Assembly: GCF_001194135.2 (NCBI RefSeq)
Contig: NC_068981.1
Coordinates: forward strand, 181,195,945 to 181,259,944
DNA length: 64,000 bases
Source of the DNA: Octopus bimaculoides
Lineage: Eukaryota
Direction of reading: 5' to 3'
In this document: positions 12,511 through 24,894 of the stretch, in pieces
Layout of the letters: every line of letters starts with the position of its first letter
How positions within the stretch are numbered: the stretch's first letter is position 1
Translations under genes and position numbers: made by a program
The notes under the pieces: model-generated
Told to the model about the DNA's origin: nothing
The model's database searches: none
What the model saw: only the letters and a program-made list of their open reading frames with translations

Positions 12511-14554
12511 GAATGAATTTATAAGTGGATATCATGTTAGCAATGTATATGCACTACAAAACCATACAAGAGGTTCTCTCATGGTAACTATCACAGTATT
12601 GTGTGTTCTAACACAATATCCACTTTTAGATGGTGATAAATATTAACTTTTGGTTTCAAAACTGCTTCTGTTGCTTCATTTTCTTTTGTTTTTGTTTTTC
12701 ATGGCAGCAACATAGGATTCACATGAGGTGTCTTGGTTGCATGTGTGTGACCCTTTTGTGCAGAAGGTTAAAGAGGAATAAAGAAAAATTATCATTTATA
12801 TTGTAATGAACACTAAGGTGACAGCAAGCAAATTCTTAATAGTTTTTAATACCAACCTGCCTCAGAAAGCCCCTGGTTCTATAATATAAAGTTCTAATTT
12901 TAAAGTGATCTAAATTAATGAAAGTTGTCTCCAATGAAGTACTGCATATGGAGTATTTGTGATAGAAGTAATGGATCAAAAAGGATTCATAGAGGTTTTT
13001 CTGGCAAGAAACCAGGTCCAGCAGTAATTTGAGGTGAATAGAAATGCTTGCAGGATGTGCAATGTACAAAAGCATACACTGGTTTATGGATAGTAAACTT
13101 GCATGTTAAAGCTGGTTAAAACCACCAGTCAATAGGGATGGGGATATTTCTTCCAGGCATTGTAGTAATCATCATCTTCATCACTTAATGTCCATCTTCC
13201 ATGTTGGCATGGGTTGGATGGCTTGACAAGAGCTGGCAAGCCGGAGAGCTGCACCAGGCTCCAATTGTCTGTTTTGGTAAAGCTTCTATGGTTGGATGCT
13301 CTTCCTAACACCAACCACTCTACAGAGTGTACTGGGTGCTTTTTACGTAGCACCATCACAGGTGTCTTTTACATGGCACCAGCATGCAAATATTCTTAGG
13401 ATATGAGAGATTTTGTCAGAGCTGTTTTGATGCCACTTATTGAAAGGCTGACTCATTTGACATCAGTGATTTTAATGTTTTTCTTGCTCTTTAACCCATT
13501 TCCATTTATGTATGTAAGCATATTTCTTTGTGTATGAGGAGAGGGGAAGTGTTTATGTCGATTATATTCAATTATTTAATTGTAATGTGTGTCTGTTTCT
13601 CTCACTTATTATTTTTTTTATGTGCCTTGTAAAGAGCACTGTATCCACTCTGCGGGGTGGTTGATGTTAGGAAGGGCATCCAGCCATAAAAAGCATGCGA
13701 AAACAGACACAGAAGTCTGGTGCAGTCTTGTCATGCCATCCAACCCATGCCAGCATGGAAAGCAGACGTCAAATGATGATAATGATGTGTATATTTCTGC
13801 AGATGCACGAGTGCTTGTTTGCCTCCAGCATCAAAAGGGTACTGTCACCAAAGCAAGCTGAATGTTCAGTTATGGGCACCAAATCGCCTTATTCTTAATC
13901 TGTACAGCTGTGGAAGATTTGATGCGATGATTTTTCGTTTTGTGAAGGATAGGAAGGAAATGCCCAAGATGGTCTTGGTCAACAGCTTAGTATGTGGAGG
14001 TATGGTGAATAATTGTGATTAGGTGGTAAGTGTTTATCACCATGCAACAGAAGGGGGTCTGATTTAAGTTAATTGGAAAAATTAGAGCAAGAGTTGGTGG
14101 GTCAAAAAGAGTTAATGTGCAAATACCAAAAAAAAAAAAACTAACTTTTCTTCCAAGAAAGCAAACACCAATTAAAAAAGTATTACATACCATATAATTA
14201 CATACCTTTACCAAAATAATATATCACTAAGCCATATAGAACAGATATTCTATATGCATTCTATACTATATTCATACACTATATATGCCTTCAACGCTAT
14301 GTGCGTACGTATATATATATATGCGGACGTTAAATGATGACGATATATATATATATATATATTCACACACACACACACACACACAGAGTATCACTGGTAT
14401 CTTTACAGAGCAATGGTATTTGCAAATTAAGAAAACTACTCATTTGAGAGCAGAGTCAGAGATTATTATTTTGTATTACTTAGAATTTCCAAGGACAGCA
14501 AACTAGCATCCAATAAAACACCTGGCAAGTTGTAACATTCTAATATATATATAG

Positions 14555-14850
14555 GAGCAGATAGGAGCACTCCATCGGTTATGACAACGAGGATCCCAGC
14601 TGATACGATCAACGGAACAGCCTGCTCATGAAATTAACGTGCAAGTGGCTGAGCACTCCACAGACACATGTACCCTTAACGTATTTCTCAGGGAGATTCA
14701 GCGTGACACAGAGCGTGACAAGATCGGCCCTTTGAAATACAGGTACTACTCATTTTTGCCAGCTGAGTGGAATGGAGCAACGTGAAATAAAGTGCCTTGC
14801 TCAAGGACACAACACGTCGCCAGGAATCGAACTCACAACCATAGCATGAG
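14555..14850 (-). mobile_element. Second copy of the third SINE family
   Basis: The reverse complement aligns along the body of 6113-6436. Confidence 0.8.
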
Positions 14851-14864
14851 TTAACAACATAACT

Positions 14865-15030
14865 ATAAAGGACAAGAGATGGACTATCTGAGCGACAGAA
14901 TGGACTCCAAAACAATGGAAAAGTTCAAGAGGCCAAAATGATCTTACCTACTACCTGGAGCCTACATGGCCACAACTGGCCAGAGACAGACAGTGGTGGA
15001 AGGAGTCCAAGGAAGGTATTCAACCTTCAA
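14865..15030 (+). mobile_element. RTE-like LINE ORF2 C-terminal fragment
   Basis: Frameshifted motifs EWTPK..RGQ..ATWPQLARDRQWWKE. Confidence 0.5.
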
Positions 15031-16139
15031 GAGTGATGAAATCTTAAATATTGGATATATAAGCACACAGGGTGTAGCAGAATGGTTAAGAGGTTTGCTT
15101 CATAAATATGTGGTACCTTGGTCATCATCTACAATAATCCCAAGTCAACCAATACCTTGTGAGTGAATTTGGCAGACATTGAGCTGACAGTTCAATAGGA
15201 TCCAAGTTGGAGAATTGTGTCAAGCCTCAATGTCTACTTTGGCATGGTTTCTATAGTTAGATACTCTTCCTGACACCAATCACATCATTGAGGACATTTT
15301 CATTGTTGCATCAATGCCTATTCTTTCATACTGAGATTGATTACGCAGGTTTGTTTACTTCTGTACATCTCAATCTTACATAATTTCATTGATGAGTAAG
15401 CTAACCACTTCACCGTAAATATATTTCTACTGCAGATATCACCAACTCAAATGCAACATTATCTTTACATCATCAAGCTGATAGGAGAGGCCTAAATCAT
15501 CTCTCCTGCATACAACTAGCAATATTGTGTCACTTTCTCAACTCAACTGAGATAAATCTCTCATAAGTTATTGTTATCTCTAACAGACCAAAACTTATTC
15601 AAACAGCAATTCAATTAACTGTCTCTATGCTACACACTCAATCTAGTAAAGCTGATCAGGGCTACTCAGCCACAACAAAAACATAGCAATTCTGTTGCTT
15701 CAGGTAACCTATGATCATTCATTGTGTTAGCAACCTATGTACAGTGTTTAATTACTACTAACTCTTTTCTCCATACTACACAAGGTCTTTTCTCTGTTGC
15801 TTTTAGAACTGTCTTCCTGCTACAATTACTGTATATTTAATTCCCATTCACCTTCATTTCTTCAGAATGTTAGTAATGAGAAGCAACCAACCATCTCATG
15901 AGCACAATTAACATTTAATGCATATTCAGTTAAATCTTTATGACTGCTTCAAAAAACTGCAGAGCAAATAGTCCCTTGGGGAGCATTGTAAATAGTTGGC
16001 TTCATCACAGATTATGAGCATCGTTGTCCAGCAGACAATAAACCACAACTAGTTTGACAAATACAATGTTTGATTTTTGCCAAATATTTCCCTTGAAATT
16101 GTCTCACCAGAAACAGTTTTGATTCCATACCTTGTCTTT

Positions 16140-16376
16140 CCTTGTTTTGTCTTGACAGCATATGACAGTTGTAAATAAGTGTCATTGTCATACAAGCAGT
16201 GTCATTCATTTCTAATATTCTGCAAAATATGTCTGGCCATGGGAAACTGTTACTTTGCTTGAAAACAGGTGAGGGTTAGCAAGAGGAAGGGCATCCAGCT
16301 GCAGAAAAATTGCCTCAATAAACTATCTGACCCATGCAAGCATTGAAAAGTGGACATTTTAACGATGATGATGATA
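16140..16376 (+). mobile_element. Another (GAT)n-tailed repeat family sharing the RTE-type tail
   Basis: GTCATACAAGCAGTGTC...GGAAACAGGTGAGGGTT...GGAAGGGCATCCAGC...GATGATGAT. Further copies near 6540-6770(-), 9315-9545, 9700-9900, 38403-38640(-) and 40985-41110(-). Confidence 0.7.
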
Positions 16377-17284
16377 TCAAGAAAGGACTACTCATACCAC
16401 AGCTCTTTTTCCATCACCCAATAGACTCAATAAGAAGCATCATAGGAACTAGCCCTCAAGGCCATGTACTATTTGTCTAACAAACCACTGTATCTACAGC
16501 TCCTAAAGGGCATGCCCCCTCTTGTTGACAACCTCTTATAAAGAATCTACCAGACCATTCTATGAAATGTTTCTGAAAGAAAGAGCACCTTTCAAATATA
16601 TTTCTACCCAGTGATATCACACACATCCTTCTAATTTTAAACACTTCATGTCCTACCTTAACGGTAAAACTTTGTCAAACTGTCCAGTTCTACATTGCTC
16701 CATTTGCAGAACTAGCCAAGAAATTGAAATCATTTGCTCCTTAAGTAAACTTAGTGCACTTTTGTAATATACAAGTGTTAACTTGCTCTTATAGAAGCAT
16801 CATCTAGATGCCAGCAGATTTTTCTCTTTTCCACAAAGTACAGAGTTATATGTGTAGGTATATAATACATAAATAAGCATTATTAGATGGACAGATAGAT
16901 AGATAGATGTTTTCACAGAACATCACAAATGAATGAGATTGTTTGTATGACAGTGACACTCATTTACAACTATGATGTGATGTCAAGACAAGGTGACACA
17001 AGCATATGCACATTCATATACATTTCTATCTATATATATATATTTAAACACACACAATGGGCTTTCAGTTTCTGTCTACCAAATCCACTAACAGGGCTTT
17101 GATCAACCCAGGACTATAGAAGACACAGTGGAACTGAACCTGAAACTATGTGGGTGGGAAACAAACTTCTAAACCACACAGCCACATTTGTGCATATATA
17201 TATATATATATATATATGTAAATATATAAAAACAAAAAGATAAAGAGAGCAAAGGTAAGGTTGGAGAAGTATTTTATGGATAGA

Positions 17285-17333
17285 GTCTTACAGCTGTTTC
17301 TGGGAAGATCCAGTACTTCCCTTCATCGGAGAC
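17285..17333 (-). ncRNA. Degenerate minimal type I hammerhead ribozyme motif (Penelope-type)
   Basis: Minus strand reads GTCT-CCGATGA-A GGGAAG TACTGGAT CTTCCC A-GAAA-CAGCTG-TA-AGAC. Stem I is GTCT/AGAC, stem II is GGGAAG/CTTCCC, helix III is the palindrome ACAGCTGT, and the NUH triplet is GUA. Deviations: U4 replaced by C, and A-A at the base of stem II. Confidence 0.6.
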
Positions 17334-17538
17334 AGAAAAAAATAAAGTAATCTATTATTATATCCATAGGCGGATATTTTTAGTATGAAGTGGTAAAGAG
17401 TGTGATGTGCTGAAAAAAGAGAGAACAGTACTTGTCAAAAATCCATCGCAATATGGAATATATGTACCTCTGCTATCTATGCTATATCAACTTTCACTCC
17501 AACATAAATTTCCGGATTATCCACACAAGGATTACTTT

Positions 17539-18070
17539 NNNNNNNNNNNNNNNNNNNNNNNNNNNNNNNNNNNNNNNNNNNNNNNNNNNNNNNNNNNNNN
17601 NNNNNNNNNNNNNNNNNNNNNNNNNNNNNNNNNNNNNNNNNNNNNNNNNNNNNNNNNNNNNNNNNNNNNNNNNNNNNNNNNNNNNNNNNNNNNNNNNNNN
17701 NNNNNNNNNNNNNNNNNNNNNNNNNNNNNNNNNNNNNNNNNNNNNNNNNNNNNNNNNNNNNNNNNNNNNNNNNNNNNNNNNNNNNNNNNNNNNNNNNNNN
17801 NNNNNNNNNNNNNNNNNNNNNNNNNNNNNNNNNNNNNNNNNNNNNNNNNNNNNNNNNNNNNNNNNNNNNNNNNNNNNNNNNNNNNNNNNNNNNNNNNNNN
17901 NNNNNNNNNNNNNNNNNNNNNNNNNNNNNNNNNNNNNNNNNNNNNNNNNNNNNNNNNNNNNNNNNNNNNNNNNNNNNNNNNNNNNNNNNNNNNNNNNNNN
18001 NNNNNNNNNNNNNNNNNNNNNNNNNNNNNNNNNNNNNNNNNNNNNNNNNNNNNNNNNNNNNNNNNNNNNN
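17539..18070. other. Assembly gap (one of seven)
   Basis: N-runs at 17539-18070, 19912-20643, 42285-42583, 45089-45098, 54434-55418, 57481-57979 and 59033-59723. Most abut (TA)n tracts, and they could hide exons. Confidence 0.99.
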
Positions 18071-18311
18071 GTATATACACACACACACACACATGTTGCC
18101 AGTATCGCCTGACTGGCCATCGTGCCGGTGGCACGTAAAAGCACCCACTACACTCTTGGAGTGGTTGGCGTTAGGAAGGGCATCCAGCTGTAGAAACTCT
18201 GCCAAATCAGATTGGAGCCTGGTGTAGCCATCTGGTTTCACCAGTCCTCAGTCAAATCGTCCAACCCATGCTAGCATGGAAAGTGGACGTTAAATGATGA
18301 TGATGATGATG

Positions 18312-18353
<42 letters not shown>

Positions 18354-19450
18354 CAATGTATATATACATATGTAATGTATGTATGTATAAATCAATGTTT
18401 TATATCTATTTTTTATGACAGTAGGAGTTCTTGTAAATTATAGAAATTTGCAGCACGGATGCAATTGTTTTCATTGGATGCCTTACCTACAACTGTCCAC
18501 TCAACCATGAAGGAGGAGTATAACCTGTTGTCAGCCAGAGTGAGGCTAACAACGATGCACCTTGCATACAGGTACAACACAATGTCTGCAAAAGAGTTTG
18601 AACTGATGAGTATATGATATTGCACAACCTGAAAAATCTCCGAGTCATTGGTTCTCTCCCATAACATACATATATATATACATATACAAGAAACCCTTCA
18701 AAACAAACTATAAAACGTTGCATATATATTATGTACAAAGCATAAGCACTATACATGCATACCCGCATCACCAGCTGCATACAAAGTATGGCGTTACCAG
18801 AGATACTAAATTACCCATACTCGGGACTATTATCGGTTGAAAGCTACCTGTGCATTTCAACATACGCACAAGCCAACAACGTCGTCTCCACACGGTTGCT
18901 CGACCTGCTAGAAACGGCAGCCAAATGTCCAGATTACACATTACATTTTTTTTAGAATGCAGCACACGTTGAGTGATGCAACCCTATGAGTGTGTGAGTG
19001 TGTATATATATGTAAACCTGACAACAAAAATGTTTTTGATTATTGGTCTGCTCGATCAGGTCCGACCATGGGTTAAACAACAATGTGCATACACACACCA
19101 AGCAGCAATTACACCATTAGAAATTCAATCTATATGATATAGTATTGTGCACGTGTACAATTTCTTCAACCACAAATCATATCGATTGAAAGTATGGATC
19201 ACTCACACACCCCAGACAGCTCTTTTTTTTTTTTCTCTCTTAAACAACTCAATACAACTATTTATATCAAATACGTAGGACTTAAAAAGACGGGAGGTTT
19301 GTTTTTGTAGAGTCCATGAGCAGACATCTGTTTTCTACGGAAAAACAAATTTTAGAACGAGTCAAATAATATACAAATCTATAAGAATCAACAAATTAAT
19401 CTGAGAAAGATGATCCTGTCTATATAAAAGTTATTTAATGGTTAAGCCTT

Positions 19451-19481
<31 letters not shown>

Positions 19482-20643
19482 GCACACACGAGGGTATGTA
19501 GTACGTATGCGTAGAAACGTACTATATCTCTATTGCATGCTCTGGTGTGTGCATGAGTATGTATACGCAAAACTCACAGCATGGCCAAATGTTAAGTATG
19601 TTTGTGTGTGTGTATGTATGTACAAACACACAAAGACAAACATTAGATATAAACATTACACATGCCATGTTTAACGACAGCATGTTCAGTCAAAATTCCA
19701 CTGAATACTGCTTACACACCCCCAACCAATGCAAATAACACACATACACAAAATGAATAAACTACATATATTTTGCATGTGTTTCCATTCGTCCATCAAC
19801 TCAAGTGCATGCACACACACACACATATTATATATATATACATACATTATATATATATATATACATACATATTATATATATATATACATACATTATATAT
19901 ATATATATATANNNNNNNNNNNNNNNNNNNNNNNNNNNNNNNNNNNNNNNNNNNNNNNNNNNNNNNNNNNNNNNNNNNNNNNNNNNNNNNNNNNNNNNNN
20001 NNNNNNNNNNNNNNNNNNNNNNNNNNNNNNNNNNNNNNNNNNNNNNNNNNNNNNNNNNNNNNNNNNNNNNNNNNNNNNNNNNNNNNNNNNNNNNNNNNNN
20101 NNNNNNNNNNNNNNNNNNNNNNNNNNNNNNNNNNNNNNNNNNNNNNNNNNNNNNNNNNNNNNNNNNNNNNNNNNNNNNNNNNNNNNNNNNNNNNNNNNNN
20201 NNNNNNNNNNNNNNNNNNNNNNNNNNNNNNNNNNNNNNNNNNNNNNNNNNNNNNNNNNNNNNNNNNNNNNNNNNNNNNNNNNNNNNNNNNNNNNNNNNNN
20301 NNNNNNNNNNNNNNNNNNNNNNNNNNNNNNNNNNNNNNNNNNNNNNNNNNNNNNNNNNNNNNNNNNNNNNNNNNNNNNNNNNNNNNNNNNNNNNNNNNNN
20401 NNNNNNNNNNNNNNNNNNNNNNNNNNNNNNNNNNNNNNNNNNNNNNNNNNNNNNNNNNNNNNNNNNNNNNNNNNNNNNNNNNNNNNNNNNNNNNNNNNNN
20501 NNNNNNNNNNNNNNNNNNNNNNNNNNNNNNNNNNNNNNNNNNNNNNNNNNNNNNNNNNNNNNNNNNNNNNNNNNNNNNNNNNNNNNNNNNNNNNNNNNNN
20601 NNNNNNNNNNNNNNNNNNNNNNNNNNNNNNNNNNNNNNNNNNN

Positions 20644-20674
<31 letters not shown>

Positions 20675-20809
20675 GTTACTATGAAACATGAACAGCTGCC
20701 ATTCAAAAATCAAAACAAATCATCCCGAAACAATGTCGACGATAAGTCATATAACAATTTACCGTCGACATCCAGAAGAAAGTATATATGCTTGCACATG
20801 GGTGTGAGG

Positions 20810-20856
<47 letters not shown>

Positions 20857-21780
20857 CGAAAGAAAATATATATACAGCTATGTAACAAAATAAAAAATAA
20901 AAACTCTCTAGGGGAGGGAGACATTTTCTTATAACCACTGGTGCATGCTGAGAATCCAATATTGAGCATTAGAGCACCAACTATTAGAATTGTCATACAA
21001 TAGATCTTCGATGGCTTGTCTTAGGTAGGACTGTTTAGCAGATGAATCCTCATGTGACCCAAAACACAAGAGGTAAAGATTAAAGAAATGTTAGTACGGT
21101 TGGTACGGCAGAAAGCGTCTCGTTCCAAGTGGAGATACGCGTGGTAACTAACCTAAAATATAGACAGAAGGTTCTAACTGAAAAAGGTTAACAGAACTGG
21201 CGCAAAGATTATTATTAATGGCCGAAAGTAAAATTGTAAATTTCTTTAAACATTCCACTTTTGTTTATCTTGTTCGGTTTTATCTTCCCTAAACAAATGA
21301 GCCGCCAATTTAAACAGATAAAAATGAGATAGCAGGCATACATTCCTTAAAGAATTCAGAAATAATAATAAGAAAAAAAAATTGAAGGCTAAAAACTGTG
21401 GAGAAAGTTGGGTATTAGTTTCTGAATGGACCGAAGACTGCTGTCGGTCAGCTCAACGAAATGGCCAGATGGTCAGAGACCTACACAGGTTTGCAGTAAT
21501 AATAATACCTGCAATTTGTCGGGAACATAATACGCTAAAGGAAAAAGAAATGAATAAAAGCAAACAGTTGGCGGAAAACAGAAACTACATAAATAGAAGA
21601 ACAAAACCGAAAGCAAAAACATGTTGGAATCTATTTTTAAATTTTAATTTCTTTTTCTTCTTTCATTTTTATATTTAAATCGATGAGGAGTAACGCGAAA
21701 ATATTTCACAAGAAGTGTAAAAGAAAATACTAGAAATAAGACCAGTGGAAATCCAATGAAAGAAAGAAAACAATACTTAC

Positions 21781-22023
21781 TATGCTCACGCTGGCTTTTC
21801 TTAATTCACGGTTTTCCTCTTGTAATGTCTTACACTTAAGTTTATAAGTGTCCAGTTCAACTTTGAGCACTTTATTTTCCTGTTGCAATGAATCAATCCG
21901 TTTGGAAAGAATTTGCTCCACCTGTGCAGGTGATGGAGGTTGCATAGTGGGCCCACTACAGCCTCCAACACCGTCCAAAGAGCTGGTGTCACTCTCCAAT
22001 TCACTCGCGCTGTCCGCCATCAT
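21781..22023 (-). CDS. CCDC6: CCDC6 (coiled-coil domain-containing 6) orthologue, first coding exon
   Basis: Translates as (M)[80 protein letters not shown]. This matches the recalled CCDC6 N-terminus (MADSASESD...[36 protein letters not shown]). It ends in phase 0 at a consensus donor ATA|GTAAGT at 21780. Tandem ATGs at 22023 and 22020. Exon 2 was not found in the window. Confidence 0.96.
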
Positions 22024-22054
22024 GACTAGTACACATACACACACACACACTACT

Positions 22055-22087
22055 TTACAGCAGCAGCAGCATTACCAATGTCATCAT
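22055..22087 (-). other. Upstream ORF ([10 protein letters not shown]) in the putative CCDC6 leader
   Basis: ATG ATG ACA TTG GTA ATG CTG CTG CTG CTG TAA. The start context ACTAGTCATGATG is identical to that of the main ORF. Confidence 0.55.
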
Positions 22088-22120
22088 GACTAGTTACATA
22101 CACATATACACTCACTTTTA

Positions 22121-22153
22121 TTACAGCGGCGGCAGCAGCAATGCCATGCACAT
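22121..22153 (-). other. Upstream ORF (MCMALLLPPL*) in the putative CCDC6 leader
   Basis: ATG TGC ATG GCA TTG CTG CTG CCG CCG CTG TAA. Same length and same CTG TAA ending as the uORF at 22055-22087. Confidence 0.5.
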
Positions 22154-23009
22154 ACCAACGCTGGCTGTGTAAAGCGCCGTTTCGCTTGCTGTCAATCTTG
22201 ACGACGATGATGATTATTACTACGCTAATATCTAGTTGCCGGCTCTGCAATGATGTAGTTTCGTATCTGGTTATGAAACAGAGCTAGTCTCACGCTCACG
22301 ATTTATCTAACCAGAACAATTAAAATCCCATTCTGTGGTCGATGGTGCTGTTTATTTATTTTCTTTTACCGAAACCCCTCTCCAATGGCGTCTGCAATAA
22401 ACTAGATGACACTTTTCGTATCTTTAATGTTAAATATCTCACTTGAAAGAAATTAAATAAACATTATATATTTTTTTTAAGTAACTTCATAAATTATGAG
22501 TACATATACATGTAAAATTTTTTCTTTAATTATATCCTAAAATGTTTACTTTTAAATGTATAAAAACAATAAAATAGAGTGCAGAATTACTCATTATTAA
22601 GTCTTTGGTTGTTTGATCACTTATACAAAGTGGCGGCGACAAATGTTAAAAAGAATCGATTTTGGAGCCCATTTTTTATTAGTTGACAGGACGACAAAAA
22701 CACCAAACTTAGAATTCGTTTTTCTTAAAATGGGTGTTTTTGGTGCCCCGTGTAAAGCAATCGAGTTCTGTAGTTACCTTTGAATAAAAAGTTTGTGTGT
22801 CACCCCCCACCCCACCACCCCGTGTAGGTGCATAAACTCAGGGAAGCCAGTATTCTCCCTCCCTATAGTAAATGAGCTTGTATGAGATATGTACAAAATG
22901 TCTTGATTCTCTTCACTAATCTTACCAAATATGTCTCCTCTCTGTAAATTCGTTTAGGATCCTTACAAAACTTGACAACTGTCCTAGTGTCACAGCATGT
23001 GGCATCCCA

Positions 23010-23926
23010 GCTGAGGAGCCTACCACCACAGAATGGAAAAATTGTCATACCATTTAGGCCATTTACCTGTCTAGTCTCACTAGCTCGAGCAGCAACTTGG
23101 TGTTTTCAACTGCCAACCCAGGTTTCACTGCTCACCAAGCAACATTTTGGACTAACGACACTTTTGCATAATAGTAACAATATATACATTAGCTGCACCA
23201 AGTATAAGTTACAGACACATAAGAAACGCAGTGGAATTACAGGTAGATTAACTGATAAGGTCGCCTTCATGTGTGGCAGGAACAATAAGCACTAACAGCA
23301 TGCAGGACTTAGACTCTCTCTCAAATACCCAGGAGGCTCTCTGGAGGTAGTGGGTAGTTTCTGCAACTTAGGTGATCAAATTAGTAATGGTGGTGGATGC
23401 TCTGAAAGAATTGCTTCTAGAATAAGAATAGGATTGAGGAAGTTCAGAGAACTGCTACCCTTGTTGGCAACAAAAGGACTCTCTCTCAGAGTGGAAGGTA
23501 GATTGCATGATGCTTGTGTACGAACAGTAGTGAGACTTGGGCTCTGAATGCAGAGGACATGTGTAGACTAGAGAGGAATGAAGGCAGCATGCTCTGTTGG
23601 ATGTGCAGCATCAGTGTGCATGAATGACAAAGCGTAAATATGTTGAGAGAAAAGTTGGGCATAAGGAGATGGCATACAGGAGAGGAGACTATGTTGGTCT
23701 GGACATGTGATGCATATGAATGAAGACAGCTGTATAAAAAAGTGCTGGTCACTGAAAGTGGATAGTACCTGTGGAAGAGCAAGACCCAGAAAGACATGGG
23801 ATGAAGTGGTGAGGTAAAAGGTAAAATCTATCATCCCATCTATGCTCTGATCTCCATTTCTTGCAAGTATACCCTGGCACTTCACCACCATCTCTCTCCT
23901 GCTCTCTCTTGCACTTTTGCTGACTC

Positions 23927-23977
<51 letters not shown>

Positions 23978-24400
23978 GGATAACCAAGACATCTGTTTCT
24001 GTCACATTCTAACTTTTCATCATCTGATACAAGATCACCTCCTCCAATGACCCTTCCCCTCTCAAAATTCCTTGTTTTGCAAGTTACTTGGTGACCCTGC
24101 CGGTACTGGTGCCTCATAAAATGCATCTAGTCCACACTGTAAAGTGGTTGGCCTTTGGAAGGGCGTCCAGCTATAAAAACCATGCCAAAACTGACCTCGC
24201 CTGTGCTGATGCCATGTAAAAGCACTCAGTCCACTCTGCAATGTGGTTGATGTTAGGTGTTAGGAAGGACATCCAGCCATGAAAACCATGCCAAAACAGA
24301 CACAGAAGCTTGGTGTAGTCTTCTGCCTGGCCTGTTCCTGTCAAACTGTCCAACCCATATCAGCATGGAAGGTGGATATTAAACGATGAACATGATGATG
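23010..24400 (+). mobile_element. 5'-truncated RTE-like LINE (end of ORF2, 3' UTR, (GAT)n tail)
   Basis: GGGCSERIASRIRIGLRKFRELLPLLATKGLSLRVEGRLHDACVR...RRLCWSGHVMHMNEDSCIKKC...RARPRKTWDEVV, followed by the shared 3' tail. A (TC)n tract lies at about 23930-23972. Confidence 0.85.
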
Positions 24401-24441
24401 ATACATACATACGTACATACATATATGCACACATACATATA

Positions 24442-24472
<31 letters not shown>

Positions 24473-24894
24473 AGAGAGAGAGAGTGCTTTGCATCCATTA
24501 CTTCTATATAATTGTGGCAGCTGCTGCAGATATATAGAGTGAGCAGCATCTCTTGGATGGAAGGAGTGGGAGTGGAGTAAAGTATATGACTGTATATCAG
24601 TCCTCCAATCTAGATGGGATCTGTAACATGAGAAGATGAAGGATGCTTTTAAATGGTCTTCGCAAATGGGAATGGTTGCTGTGCCTAACACCAGAAATGA
24701 CTGACCTTGAGATTTTTCAGCTAACAGTCATTGGTTAGATGTGTACTGTGAAGTTTGTTTGAAGAGAAAAAATGAATGTCATGTTGAATAGTTCTGGTCA
24801 GTTCACCTAGAGTAGATCAATAGAAAAAATATTGTTCGTTTTGAATGCTTAGAAACTATTTGTAGGTTTTGCAACTAGGATCTCAGATAAACTA

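Larger units (their letters stand above)
21050..22850 (-). promoter_or_regulatory. CpG-retaining promoter/5' leader region of CCDC6
   Basis: CpG dinucleotides are visibly more frequent here than in the flanking older repeats. The region surrounds the first coding exon and carries no recognisable SINE. The TSS cannot be located from sequence alone. Confidence 0.6.

Noticed and set aside
17407-20827. Long ORFs of 200-340 aa in the ORF track (also 42160-42741, 54358-55487, 57340-59863)
   Set aside because: They are open only because they run through N-gaps and (TA)n/(CA)n tracts.
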